In this document: positions 13,901 to 24,527 of the stretch, in pieces
How positions within the stretch are numbered: the stretch's first letter is position 1
Layout of the letters: every line of letters begins with the position of its first letter
DNA from: Antedon mediterranea
Lineage: Eukaryota; Animalia; Echinodermata
Direction: 5' to 3'
Assembly: GCF_964355755.1 (NCBI RefSeq)
Contig: NC_092678.1
Location: forward strand, 698,422 to 762,421
Length of the DNA stretch: 64,000 bases
The notes under the pieces: model-generated
Told to the model about the DNA's origin: nothing
Databases searched by the model: none
What the model saw: only the letters and a program-made list of their open reading frames with translations
Made by a program: the position numbers and the translations under genes

Positions 13901-16900
13901 AAATGAGTGAAGTGAAACATGGCCTCTAAATCTAACCGGATCGAAACATCGTGAACGCCGTTAACAGACTGCCACCAACGATTTTTACGATCAATATCAA
14001 ACGACGTCACTATATTTTCAACCATGTGACTATTTTCGTTATCAATTTTCCTCCACGGATCTCTGGAGTCGCAATAAAAGCACTTTTTCTCGTCTTGTAA
14101 GTGACTAACGATGCAATAAGGTACCGGCCCGTCTGAACCGCATGTTGAAGTTGCCGTCAGCTGATTTTCTCGGCCAATCAAAAGATCACCTGTTGCTGGG
14201 TGACAGCTTTCCCCTTCACAACTTTGGCTTCGAACAGCTAAAGCTATAAAACACAAAAAAAGGACAAAAACATTATTTATTGCAGACCACATTTGTTGTA
14301 TCAAAATGATGACCAGTGATACTAAGATCATGCTGTACAATCCATGACATTGTATACAGTACTTATTTTCCACAACATAAATTACACTTTAAAATAATCA
14401 AAGAGTTTTGAACATTTTAGCTAAAAGTTTTTATTGGAGTTTTGTACTATCTTTTGTTTCCAACTTTTAGTTCTGTTTTTGTTTATTTTCATGAATTTAC
14501 AATTTAAATAATTAACTGTAATAAATTGAATTTTCCACTTCTAAATTTATAGCCAGTTAATGATTTAACTGTAATTAATAAGTTTTCCCTTTTGAACCCA
14601 GTGAATCCTTTTGTTGTGATTTACTATAGTATGTACAGTATAAGGGCCTGTTTCTATAGAGCAGAGAATACGGTTTTGAATACCGTTCTTTTCAAGAACC
14701 GTTTTTTCTTGCCAGCAGAAATGGGTCCCCACAAAAAACCACAAAAAAGAACCGATCTTAAAAACGGTTTCAAAAACCCCAATTGATTGCGGTCTCGATC
14801 GCAAAGAACCGTTCTGAAACCGGTTTCCGCGAAGCAATTTTTAGCTGCAACACAATCGCGGTCTCAATTTGACCCCAAAAACTGAACTCTGCAGTCTGCT
14901 GCACTGGGATGATTGCGGTCAACTCGCAGTCAAACTCGCGCGATAGGACCTAGGCCTAAGTCATTTTTATTTCTCTAGATAGTGAGTATTTTATTTAACT
15001 AAAAAATGTTGACCGATGCCATTACGAGGTTCGTAAAAAATATGTGAAGGAAAGAAGATGAGGGAACTTGTCGGGAGTCGGAAGAAAGACTCACGTATTA
15101 TAGGCCTAGGCTACATGTTTTTAAGAAAATTGTAAAGCGTGTGAAAAATAGACGAGTTCAACTTGACAATATCAGAGGGTGCGACGTACCTATACTTTAA
15201 CCAAGGACCACAATAACGTTTCAGGTAATAATTCTCCCTTCTGATGAAATGGATGCTATTTCTTGGGGATCGCGCTATGCGAAAAAAAGTAAACATGACC
15301 TCGATCAAATCGCGCTTCCGCCTAATGAACTGCATTGTGGTGTATATAATGACGTCATTCATAACGAACGCACATGGACGGAACCGGTTTTATTGGAGTA
15401 AAAATTGAGCTGCAACGCGATCTTTATTTATAAACAACAGCCGAAACCGGTTTCCAAAAAACCGTTCTTTTTTTATTTTTCAATAGAAACAGGCCCTTAG
15501 GCAATCCATGCAATCTGATCCAGCTAATATGTTCACCATATTTTCCCTTGACCTGACACAAGGGGAGGTCAAGGGGAGGTCAAACCCAATCACCAGCAAA
15601 GAATTCAGTTGGTATTATTAATTATATAACAGATCAATATTAAAAGTTGTATTCAGGTCAAGGGTCAAGTTTAATCAGTTATTTTAGGAGTACTATCATG
15701 AAAAAATAAGGACATCATTCTAATGTAAAACAGTACAGATTGCATTCCACAACCTCAAATACAGTAAATGTATAAGGACATCATTCTAATGTAAAACAGT
15801 ACAGATTGCATTCCACAACCTCAAATACAGTAAATGTAGAAGGACATCATTCTAATGTAAAACAGTACAAATTGCATTCCACAACCTCAAATACAGTAAA
15901 TGTATAAGTTTCAGAAATTCTAAAAAGTTGTTTTTTGTTTATAACTTTCTAAAATTCTGTATTTTTCTTGGCTCAATTGTTTGAAACCCATTTTTTGTTT
16001 TGTTTATCATGCTAGCTGGGCTGCATCCTTGTAAACAAAATGATGATGATGTAGAGAATGGTGAGTCAGTGTCTATGAATTTGTGGTGAAGTCAACCTCT
16101 GTTAGAATCGCCATAAATCTTACAACTAGCAAACATTCATGTAAAGTAATCTACTACATAGCTGTACTAATTTGCTGGGTTTATTCAAGGTTAACAATTT
16201 CATTGGCAAACATTTGCTAAAAATCTTTTAGCAGAATGAGCATTCTTACTATGCAAGAAAAGTTGGCACTGTATGCTAAAGATCCTTAAAGTTTGCTAGA
16301 AAACCAGCAAACATGAGTTACTTTAAAATGTTCAACTAGAAATTTTAGAGTCTAGCATACTGCTAGTTGACTACCTACAGTAAGTAGGTTGAATTTTGAT
16401 TTCTACTTAAAGCCACATACGAAATACACATACGAAATACACATACGAAATACACATACGAAATACACATACGAAATACACATACGAAATACACATACGA
16501 AATACACATTACGAACTACACATACGAAATAAAGTAAAGTTTGTAGACATTCTAGCTTGTAAAGTTTGTAGACATTCTAGCTTGTAAAGTTAGTAGACAT
16601 TCTAGCTTGTAAAGTTAGTAGACATTCTAGCTTGTAAAGTTTGTAGACATTCTAGCTTGTAAAGTTTGTAGACATTCTAGCTTGTAAAGTTAGTAGACAT
16701 TCTAGCTTGTAAAGTTAGTAGACATTCTAGCTTGTAAAGTTTGTAGACATTCTAGCTTGTAAAGTTTGACAATATACGTTGAGGAAATTATCAAATTTGT
16801 TATTAAAGGAAACAAAAACTTATACATCATTGATTTTGAATACAATATTACAGCAGCATCTTTCCTGAATTACCTTTTCTTTTTAGAACCGGTAAAATAA

Positions 16901-18318
16901 TTTCCAAGTATTACTTCTTTTTTTTTCAGCACAAATTTTAATTTTTTGTCCAATAAATAACATTTTTGATATCTTTTTATTGTTGTTTTATTGTTTTAAC
17001 CATGGAGGAAAATTTTATTTTTTCCTCCATGTTTTAACTAAGTGAATGATTGACCCGGTCCCTGGTGCCTTACCCTCCCTTTTAGTACTTTAGGGCCTGT
17101 TTGTAGGTGTTGAAAATACCAGCTTATTCCCGATTTCCGTTCGCGTGACCCAATTAACTTTTGCCTCAGGCTACAAAAAATTCGAGGCAAAATGTTCACC
17201 AAATTTGCAGGTTATTTCAGCGATAATCCAATTATACTCGGCCTTCGAGGATAATAAATCTCCGATAGAGGCGTTGTGTCAAATTTTGACAAACGTTCGC
17301 TGCCTAGGCCCGTCATTTCTCCTACGAAGCTCTTCCATACACGCTTCGAAAGCGATCGTCAGCTGGTGCTGTCCTTGTTGGTGTAGACCGCTTAGTAGGC
17401 CTAGCTGGTCGGTGGTGTTTCGTGTAACATTGGGCTCAAATTCTTCGTCAAGGAGTAGAATAATGGTCGTCAGGAGAAGGCATATTTCGGCAGGATTATC
17501 GGCGTTAAGAGGCATAAGGTTTGTCGCAAGGATAAGCAGTGTAAAAGGTAGCAAGTAATTGTTATTGTAAAGAAAGATCGCGAGTAAAAAATATACAACA
17601 CGAGACTAGCGCGCGAAAATGGGGTCGTAGGTTGTAAAGACAACTGACCTTAAAACGTAATTTTCAGTTTGTGATTCGTCGATTAAGCATTTAAGCGGTT
17701 AAATATTTCAAGTACGAACGACGCTCAATTTATAACCCGAGGCATGGGTGAAATTAAGCGCTTATTTTAACCACCGTACGAACACGACCTTAGTGTACGT
17801 ACTGTAGTTATTAAGATTCTGCTTGAGGCCTAAATGGTCTATGCTCAGCACCAAGTTAGTAAGTGACCTATTTTATAATCATGAAGTGACAACAAGCTGA
17901 GAAAGGTTTGTGACATTCCAGAAGGATGAGCTACCAGTCATCAAATTTATATTATTTCAAGCTGAGGTCAGGGGTCATATCAAGTGTGCCAGTTTATACA
18001 GTAATAAGAGATTCAAAATAATAAATTTAACAGTAAACACAACATTTTTATTATTAAATTTGGTGTAAATTGCAAAATTAAAAAGTGCAAAATAATAGTA
18101 TTATAATATTGTAATATTATTACAGTTAAACTGTCTCTTTTTTAAACATAATGCTATTATTTCAAATAGCATTTCTTTCTTCAAGAAAGAAATGCTATTT
18201 ATTTATACTGTACAGGCTTTTTAAATTCATATGCACATACAGTATATTTGTTTATAAATTATTTATTTTTAAAAGTTTACTTACCTTGCAAAAGTACAAT
18301 CCCTAAAATATAAATCAT
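1924..18318 (-). CDS. LAMB1: Laminin subunit beta (LAMB1/LanB1-like), 5' part; the gene continues beyond the window start
   Basis: Coding exons with GT-AG boundaries and compatible phases: 18318-18285 ([11 protein letters not shown], signal peptide start), 14243-13696 (LN domain: [13 protein letters not shown]...WWQSVNG...[18 protein letters not shown]), 12254-11973 (VIFRVLPP...[16 protein letters not shown]...[20 protein letters not shown]), 5691-5565 (LE repeat [15 protein letters not shown]...PWRPA) and 2112-1924 ([13 protein letters not shown]...[20 protein letters not shown]). These motifs are diagnostic of laminin beta chains. Confidence 0.95.
2261..2451. repeat. 20-bp minisatellite, about 9.5 copies
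   Basis: Unit AACATTATTGAACAT(C/T)ACTA. Confidence 0.95.
2462..3535. mobile_element. Non-autonomous TIR element (MITE, PIF/Harbinger-like) with a truncated left TIR
   Basis: CCATGGCGTTAGACCGTTTTAGCGTAC at 2462 is the inverse of GTACGCTAAAACGGTCTAACGCCATGG at ~3495-3521. The right end continues GTCTGAACAGGGCC, which has no counterpart on the left, where the 20-bp array abuts. Confidence 0.75.
3744..3964. repeat. 42-bp minisatellite, about 5 copies, within a pogo-like MITE remnant (~3728-4119)
   Basis: Unit GGGACATTCTATTCAGGGGACATTTTGTGGCAACATCTCCTT. Flanked by degenerate CAG(T/A)AGAA(A/C)C-type inverted termini. Confidence 0.85.
5265..5378 (-). mobile_element. tRNA-derived SINE head
   Basis: The minus strand reads GGCGCTGTAGCTTGGTGG (A box) ... 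CCAGGGTTCAATTC (B box) without an intact cloverleaf. A similar head occurs on the plus strand at ~23086-23140. Confidence 0.55.
9842..10105. repeat. 29-bp minisatellite, 9 copies, abutting a MITE end
   Basis: Unit GCTAAATATAACACTAACAGCTACCTAAA. Confidence 0.95.
10102..10278. mobile_element. MITE family AGCTCTGTCTACACTATCAAACT, copy 1
   Basis: TIRs AGCTCTGTC(C/T)A(A/C)ACTATCAAACT / AGTTTGATAGTGTAGACAGAGCT with internal ~20-bp CATATCACTACCMTATTTGG repeats. Other copies lie at ~22466-22619, 23708-23823, 25121-25222 and 31950-32131. Confidence 0.85.
10309..10656. repeat. 56-bp minisatellite, 6 copies
   Basis: Unit AAACAGTATGTTATGACTTTTAGTTGTATAAGGCTTCTAGTATAGCGAACTCTTTT. Confidence 0.95.
12758..13610. 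mobile_element. pogo/Tigger-like MITE (Tc1/mariner superfamily)
   Basis: TIRs CCGTATATTTCGGTGCATAAGTCGCAC / GTGCGACTTATACACCGGATTATACGG, flanked by TA on both sides. Subterminal GGTGCGTCTTATAC motifs are repeated. Confidence 0.85.
14643..15497. mobile_element. MITE with AGGGCCTGTTTCTAT TIRs (PIF/Harbinger-like or TA-target)
   Basis: TAAGGGCCTGTTTCTATAGA at 14641 and TCAATAGAAACAGGCCCTTA at ~15480-15499, with repeated internal AACCG(G/T)TT motifs. Confidence 0.8.
15707..15908. repeat. 66-bp tandem repeat, 3 copies
   Basis: Unit starts AGGACATCATTCTAATGTAAAACAG at 15709, 15775 and 15841. Confidence 0.9.
16414..16768. repeat. Compound minisatellite: 13-bp unit (~9 copies) then 25-bp unit (~9 copies)
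   Basis: CACATACGAAATA repeats at 16414-16531, followed directly by TAAAGTT(T/A)GTAGACATTCTAGCTTG repeats at 16535-16768. Confidence 0.95.
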
Positions 18319-19440
18319 TTTGAATCCAAAGTTGAAAACTTAGAAATCCAAAGACATGTATTCCAGGATCTGTAAACAAATATATTAAATTTATTTGCCA
18401 ATTACAACTAACATTTTGTAAACCTTATTATAATTGTTCATACATGTTAAAATGTTGCAGGAGGTCAAGTTGGGTCAAGCTTTCTTGCACACAGACATAT
18501 ATTGTCAAACCGTTTCTGTTTTCAGCAAGTTGTTTATTAGGCCACAAATTTTATCAAATAACGAAATTTGATAAAAATAACATTGCAACATTAAAGATAT
18601 TTTTAAGACCAAAATTGTGTAGTGGAGTTTGACATCACAAATATGAATTGAAGAAATCATGACCAAATCAATATAGCTAATAAAAAGCATTATTTATTTT
18701 AAATATTTATTTATAATTCTAAAGTTAACAACAAAAGTGAAACAGTTAATAAGAAAAAACATGAAAAAAACACAGAAAAGTACATACAAACGTTTATTTC
18801 CACCTTAAATAATTCACATTCAATAACATAAACAATAATGTACACAAAAAAATAAGTATGTTTGAAAAAGTGACAGATCTACTTTGATTGCATGAATTAA
18901 TTTTGCCTCAAAAGTTTACTTATTTAACTTTTTATGTTAACTTTCCTGGACTTTATGAGTTCTGGAAGAAGGAGGAACTTACATGTATCCTTAAATTCTT
19001 ATTTAAACAATCTGATCTCACGTTTCTAACAAAATAAGCTTACCACCTAGGCCTACCTAGGCTAATTTGTGATCACTGCACCTCTTTCTGGGAACAGACA
19101 GTAGCTGAACTTCAATAACTTTTTCTGAGCAGACGACATGCACACCGAACTTACTGCCTACTCAACTGTCACAAAGTTTTATCTTAAATTAATTACTATT
19201 CATTCATTGGTTACCTTTATTTCCGGAAAACTATATTTTCCAAGTTGCAAAGTATCGGAAACAACAGAAATAAAGTTCTTTTTTTCCCAGATACAACTGC
19301 AAAACTTAGCCTCGAATTTCCGACGACCACAAGCAACGGACCATGCAACTTCACCCGGGTGCAATCATCCAGAAATCAGTGGCATACAACAAGGGGCCAA
19401 TTATGTTCTTTCTTTAACACCGGAAATGGGTTTTAAGAAA

Positions 19441-19618
19441 TATTATAGGGGGCGCTATTACTGTTTTTTTAAATGACAGATAATTTGAATTCTGCAATAA
19501 TACTATAGAGGGCGCTGATGCTCTTTTTTTAAATGTCAGGGGATTGTTTCTGCTGTGCTGTACGCAACATTAATTATAGAAGGCGCTATTAATGTTTTTT
19601 TTAATGTCAGGGGAATTT
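19441..19618. promoter_or_regulatory. Three degenerate ~60-70-bp repeats, each with a TAG(G/A)(G/A)GGCGCT CTCF-like core, between the laminin and GMPPB 5' ends
   Basis: TATAGGGGGCGCTATT at 19444, TATAGAGGGCGCTGAT at 19504 and TATAGAAGGCGCTATT at 19575, each followed by a T-run and AATG(A/T)CAG. The regulatory function is inferred only. Confidence 0.35.
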
Positions 19619-21665
19619 GCAATATTTATTATACTGTACTGTATATCAATGAAAGAAAAACTATTATAAAACGCTCTTAATTTATCATAGACTTCAATAT
19701 ATAAATAAATATTAACATTTTCTATTGAGGAAGAAATAGAATGGAAAAATGAAATTACACATAAGTTATTTATTTGGTACCTGGATTTAACTAATTAATT
19801 AATTTTTTTTTTAAATTAGTCAATCAAAATTGTCTTATTTGACAGTGTGGTGAACTCTATGGGTTAATCAAACAGAATATTTGGAATTCATTACAATGAC
19901 GTCATCAGTATGTACTTAATATTTTGACAGATTGACAGCAGGCGCGCGTACTTAAAGATAATTATAACAACGTGTATTAGAGGACGATGTTTCATCCCCC
20001 GTCTGCAGAGGTATATTTGGATAGCCGTTTTGGTACCTGGAAATGCACAATAACAATATAAAATATAACAATTAATGAATTACATAGAGAAAAATATAAA
20101 GTCAAAAAACAGCCCCTATCCTACACCACCCCATTAAAATCGATACATACAGAGATCATTACTTTACACAAATGAATACAAAACAAAATATAGTAAAAGT
20201 GTATTAAATATAATCACCTGACTAAACACAGGTTATTACGAAACCCACCAACCCCCTCCCCTCCCCTTTTCAATTTACTTAATGTAGCAATGTAGATAAT
20301 TAATAGGCACCACTAGCTCTTTTTTAGATATGTAATAAGTGAAGGTTTTAAGGTTTTTTATTCATGTATGTTTTTAATTGTATGGTACGATATCTAATTT
20401 TATTAAGATGTTTCTATTTTTATAGCAATTTTAACTAATTTTTAGTCATTTGTAATACATTTCATTTCAGTCCTTGACTGTCGTTTTGTAATATATTTTT
20501 ATATACCGAATAAATAAAATAAATAACATAGTTATTGAGTCATGGAATTCAGTGAATCATTTCGAAATTCCATGCTCTTTTTAGGTATCTTTTACAAAAA
20601 CTATCCAAAATATTTTCACACTCTTTATCAATTAAATTATCTGAGTATCCCAAAATATATTATTTTCATGGGAAGTATAAAAAGTATCAAACATATCTTG
20701 CTGCCATTTCTATACATTTCCACATATAAATTAAATAATTCCTGATTATGTATATTATTTAAAGCTGGACAATTACGGATGAAATGATGGATGTCTTCGT
20801 ACCGCATAATTTACATTTTTTATTATTATCAATATTCCAATTTGCAGTTCTATCATTCAAAGGTAGAGTCTATTTGAACGAACTTTAAATTTTAATGCAG
20901 CACCTTCAAAATTAGTTTTATCAAATAAGTAGTTTTCAAGTCCTAGTTTTGATTTTAATGTTTCATAGATGTGGAGACTTGATATTTTTTGTAATTCAAT
21001 TCTCCATTCATCTATCATTATCTATATATAAATTATAGATTTAAGTTTTCTTAAATTTTCTTAATATGGAACGCGGAAGATGGTTTAATTTGGATGGGTG
21101 GTCACGGGTCAATGGTTATCATGTGGTAACTATTGTGTTTAGTTTTTGTTGACACACTGAAATTGTGTAATTACACAGTGTGTACGTGGCGGATTTACCT
21201 GGTTTTGCAACTGCTGGTAGGTTATTTTGACATATTTTGCACGATTCTTTATATCCCGAGTTAGTTGTATATGCTTGCTGATTATTTGTGGTAGTTTTAA
21301 TCTTGTAAAGTATATTTTTTAATGATACACGTACGCTAGGCCTGCAGCGAAACATTTCGCCAGGGGAGCAGATGCGTTCTGCTCGCTGGATGTCGTTGTA
21401 GCCTTGTAGGGCTAGGCTGTATGTGTGAATCGTAGCCTAGCATTTGCCCGTTTAATAATTGTTTAAATTAATGTATTTATGTCTGTAGAGTTAGCGAATA
21501 GGTACACAAAGGCAACATTTAAAAAACAATATATTAAAACAGTGAGAGGGGTTTGGTTGGGGTAGTGTGTTTGTTCCCTTTAAATAGGGGCCTGCTAGTA
21601 CTGACCCTGCAATAACAAATAATATATCTTTTTTTTCTTCAGATTGTTACACCTGATCAGACGCA

Positions 21666-24527
21666 ATGAAAGCTTTAATTCTAGTTGGCGGTTTCGGGAC
21701 AAGATTACGGCCACTGACCCTTAGTTGTCCGAAACCACTTGTTGAATTTTGCAACAAGCCAATGTTGGTCCATCAAATTGAAGCACTAGCCAAAGTAAGT
21801 GGTCATTTGGTCATTTTTTATTTGCTGATTAGATAGTATATAATCTAGGAATACAGAATAAAGTTTTCTCAAACAAATTGTGTTTTTTTCTGCAGGTTGG
21901 CGTTAAAGAAATCGTGCTAGCCGTTAGTTATCGCGCTGAAATGCTGGAACAAGAATTGAAAAAACAAGAAGAATTAGTAGGTGTTCGGTTTTTAAATAAA
22001 CATATATACAACGATAGCTTTTGTTTCAAAGGGGTATCTTATTTACTGTAATAACAATGTTTTGTTAATTGCCTCATGAATAAAAATATATGATACTGAT
22101 AAAATACTAAAGAATATTATTATTTTTGTCTTAAAAGCAGGCCTATTATTTATCTTTGATTTGTCACTAAACTGTTTTATTATTTTTATTTTCAGCTTGA
22201 TATAAAGATAACAACATCTCACGAAAAGGAACCACTAGGAACAGGTGTGGTAATTTGGTGTATTGGCGTCATATCATGTGGTAATACCACTACTATGTCT
22301 ATACACCAACTTTTACATTTTGATTTCTGCTACATTTTACTTTTGTTGCTGTAAATCTATTCTTATTTCATATTTCCTTTTAAATTTAATGCTGCTTTTG
22401 GTATCTTTAGTTTGCCTCTTAAAAACATTGATACACTATAATAACAACAAACATATAATATAATGTATACACTATCAAAGTTTATGTGACAATGTAATGT
22501 GCCCATATATGGACATGGTGATGTCATATCACTACCATATTTGGGCACATCACTACCATATTTAGGCACATCACTACCATATTTGGGCATATCACTAGCC
22601 ATATTTTGGCAGACAGAGCATGAAAATTGGAAACTAAATGCATAATTTGTTTTGTTCACAGCTGGCCCTCTAGCCTTAGCAAGACAGATCTTAGAATCGG
22701 ACGGCGAACCATTTTTCGTTTTAAATAGCGATATTAGTTGTGTATTCCCATTTCAACAAATGTTAGAATTTCATAAGAAACATGGAAAAGAAGGAACGAT
22801 TGTGGTACGTTTTTAAATTCAAATCTGTTAAAAGTTTTCAAATTGCATGTTACAGAAAATCGGAATGGTTTTTGATTTAAAAAAACACCCAAAAAAATGT
22901 TTTCTTGTAGGTAACAAAGGTGGAAGAGCCGTCCAAATATGGTGTTGTAGTTTATGATTCAACAAATGGTAAAATCGAAAGTTTTGTTGAAAAACCTCAA
23001 GTTTTTGTCTCAAACAGAATCAACGCTGGAATGTACATTTTCAGTCCAGCCATCTTGGAAAGAATACAGGTACATAATAATTGTTAGTGGTACTGTGGTA
23101 AAGTGCTTGCCCTTCAAATCCAAAGTCCTGGGTTCAACCAATATATAAAATATAGTAAACTGATATTTAATGTATTAACCATATGAATTTGTATTGTTAT
23201 CTTTATACAGTTAAAACCCACATCAATTGAAAAAGAAATTTTTCCAGCGATGGCAGCAGATTCTCAACTTTATGCATTTGAATTAGAAGGTATGTTGTGT
23301 CAAAGTAAAGGTATACGACTAACTAAATCATGGACAAATTCTCTGTGACTATCAACCTAGTGATAGCTTTTGATCCCAAACACTGACCAGTAAAACGATT
23401 TTGATTGGGTACCTTAACTATTATATATCTATTTCAGGTTACTGGATGGATGTGGGACAACCCAAGGACTTCCTCATCGGCATGTGTATGTACCTGAATC
23501 ACAAAAAACAGATGTCTCCAGATGAACTTTACCAAGGTGACGGGGTCGTTGGAAACGTACTAGTTGTAAGTTTTCATTTACTTAATTTTGGTAGACATAC
23601 CGTTGATAGAAACAAAAGATGTCTAAACAAATAATGTTACAATTAGTAAACAGCATTGGAGTGTAATTGCATGAAACGTGTGACAGACAGACAGTAACAT
23701 AATATAAGGCTCTGTCTACACTATCCAACTAGTTTGACAAAAGTGTGATATGCTTAAATATGGTAGTGATATGACATCATCATGTTTTTTTGTCACATAA
23801 AGTTTGATAGTGTAGACAGAGCTTTAATGAATGTTGATGTTGTTTTTGTAGGATCCCACAGCCAAGATAGGCAAGAATTGTCGTATAGGACCAAATGTTG
23901 TAATAGGACCAGGTGTTAGCATAGAGGATGGGGCCTGCATCAAGAGAAGCACAGTACTTAAGGGCACAATAATCAAATCACATTCTTGGATTGAGTCGTC
24001 AATTATAGGCTGGAAATGTACAGTGGGTCAATGGGTAAGTACGATTTAACTGGTCATTGTCCATCTAAAATGTACAGTGGGTCAATGGGTGAGTACGATT
24101 TAACTGGTCATTGTCCATCTAAAATGTACAGTGGGTCAATGGGTGAGTACTAGCTGGTCATTTTCCATCTAAAATGTACAGTGGGTCAATGGGTGAGTAC
24201 AAACTGGTCATTGTCCATCTAAAATGTACAGTGGGTCAATGGGTGAGTACGGACTGGTCATTGTCCATCTAAAATGTACAGTGGGTCAATGGGTGAGTAC
24301 GGACTGGTCATTGTCCATAAACAATTGCCTATTGTGTACTATAACCTCCAAACACAGTGTTCAATAAATATTGATTTTATTTTTTTTATACGTAGGTAAG
24401 AATGGAGAATGTATCAGTATTAGGAGAAGACGTCATCGTTAAAGATGAACTCTACATTAACGGTGGAAGAATTTTGCCGCACAAGTCAATCGGTGCTTCC
24501 GTTACTGAGCCAGCTATTATCATGTAA
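21666..24527 (+). CDS. GMPPB: Mannose-1-phosphate guanylyltransferase beta (GDP-mannose pyrophosphorylase B), complete, 360 aa
   Basis: Nine GT-AG exons: 21666-21794, 21896-21976, 22196-22244, 22662-22804, 22911-23069, 23211-23289, 23438-23565, 23852-24034 and 24396-24527, summing to 1083 nt. Motifs include [78 protein letters not shown] and a C-terminal hexapeptide region ending [17 protein letters not shown]. Confidence 0.97.
23086..23140 (+). mobile_element. tRNA-derived SINE head fragment in a GMPPB intron
   Basis: AGTGGTACTGTGGTAAAGTGCTTGCCCTTCAAATCCAAAGTCCTGGGTTCAAC resembles the element at 5265-5378. Confidence 0.4.
23708..23823. mobile_element. MITE family AGCTCTGTCTACAC, internally deleted copy in a GMPPB intron
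   Basis: GGCTCTGTCTACACTATC ... GATAGTGTAGACAGAGCT inverted termini. Confidence 0.8.
24014..24318 (+). repeat. 50-54-bp tandem repeat, 6 copies, containing the 3' end and splice donor of GMPPB coding exon 8
   Basis: AAATGTACAGTGGGTCAATGG|GTRAGTAC is repeated, with GT donors at 24035, 24089, 24143, 24193, 24243 and 24293. Confidence 0.95.

Noticed and set aside
19044-19330. Non-coding first exon of laminin beta
   Set aside because: A plausible donor (GTG|GTAAGC at 19044/19043) exists, but the exon start cannot be fixed without transcripts, so it was not listed as a feature.
24014-24318. CRISPR-like repeat/spacer appearance, also considered for the other arrays
   Set aside because: The units are contiguous with only 3-7 variable nt. 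There are no unique spacers or cas genes, and the context is eukaryotic.
24391-24401. AG|GTAAG recursive splice site at the last GMPPB acceptor
   Set aside because: GTA AGA simply encodes the conserved Val-Arg, and no downstream acceptor is evident.
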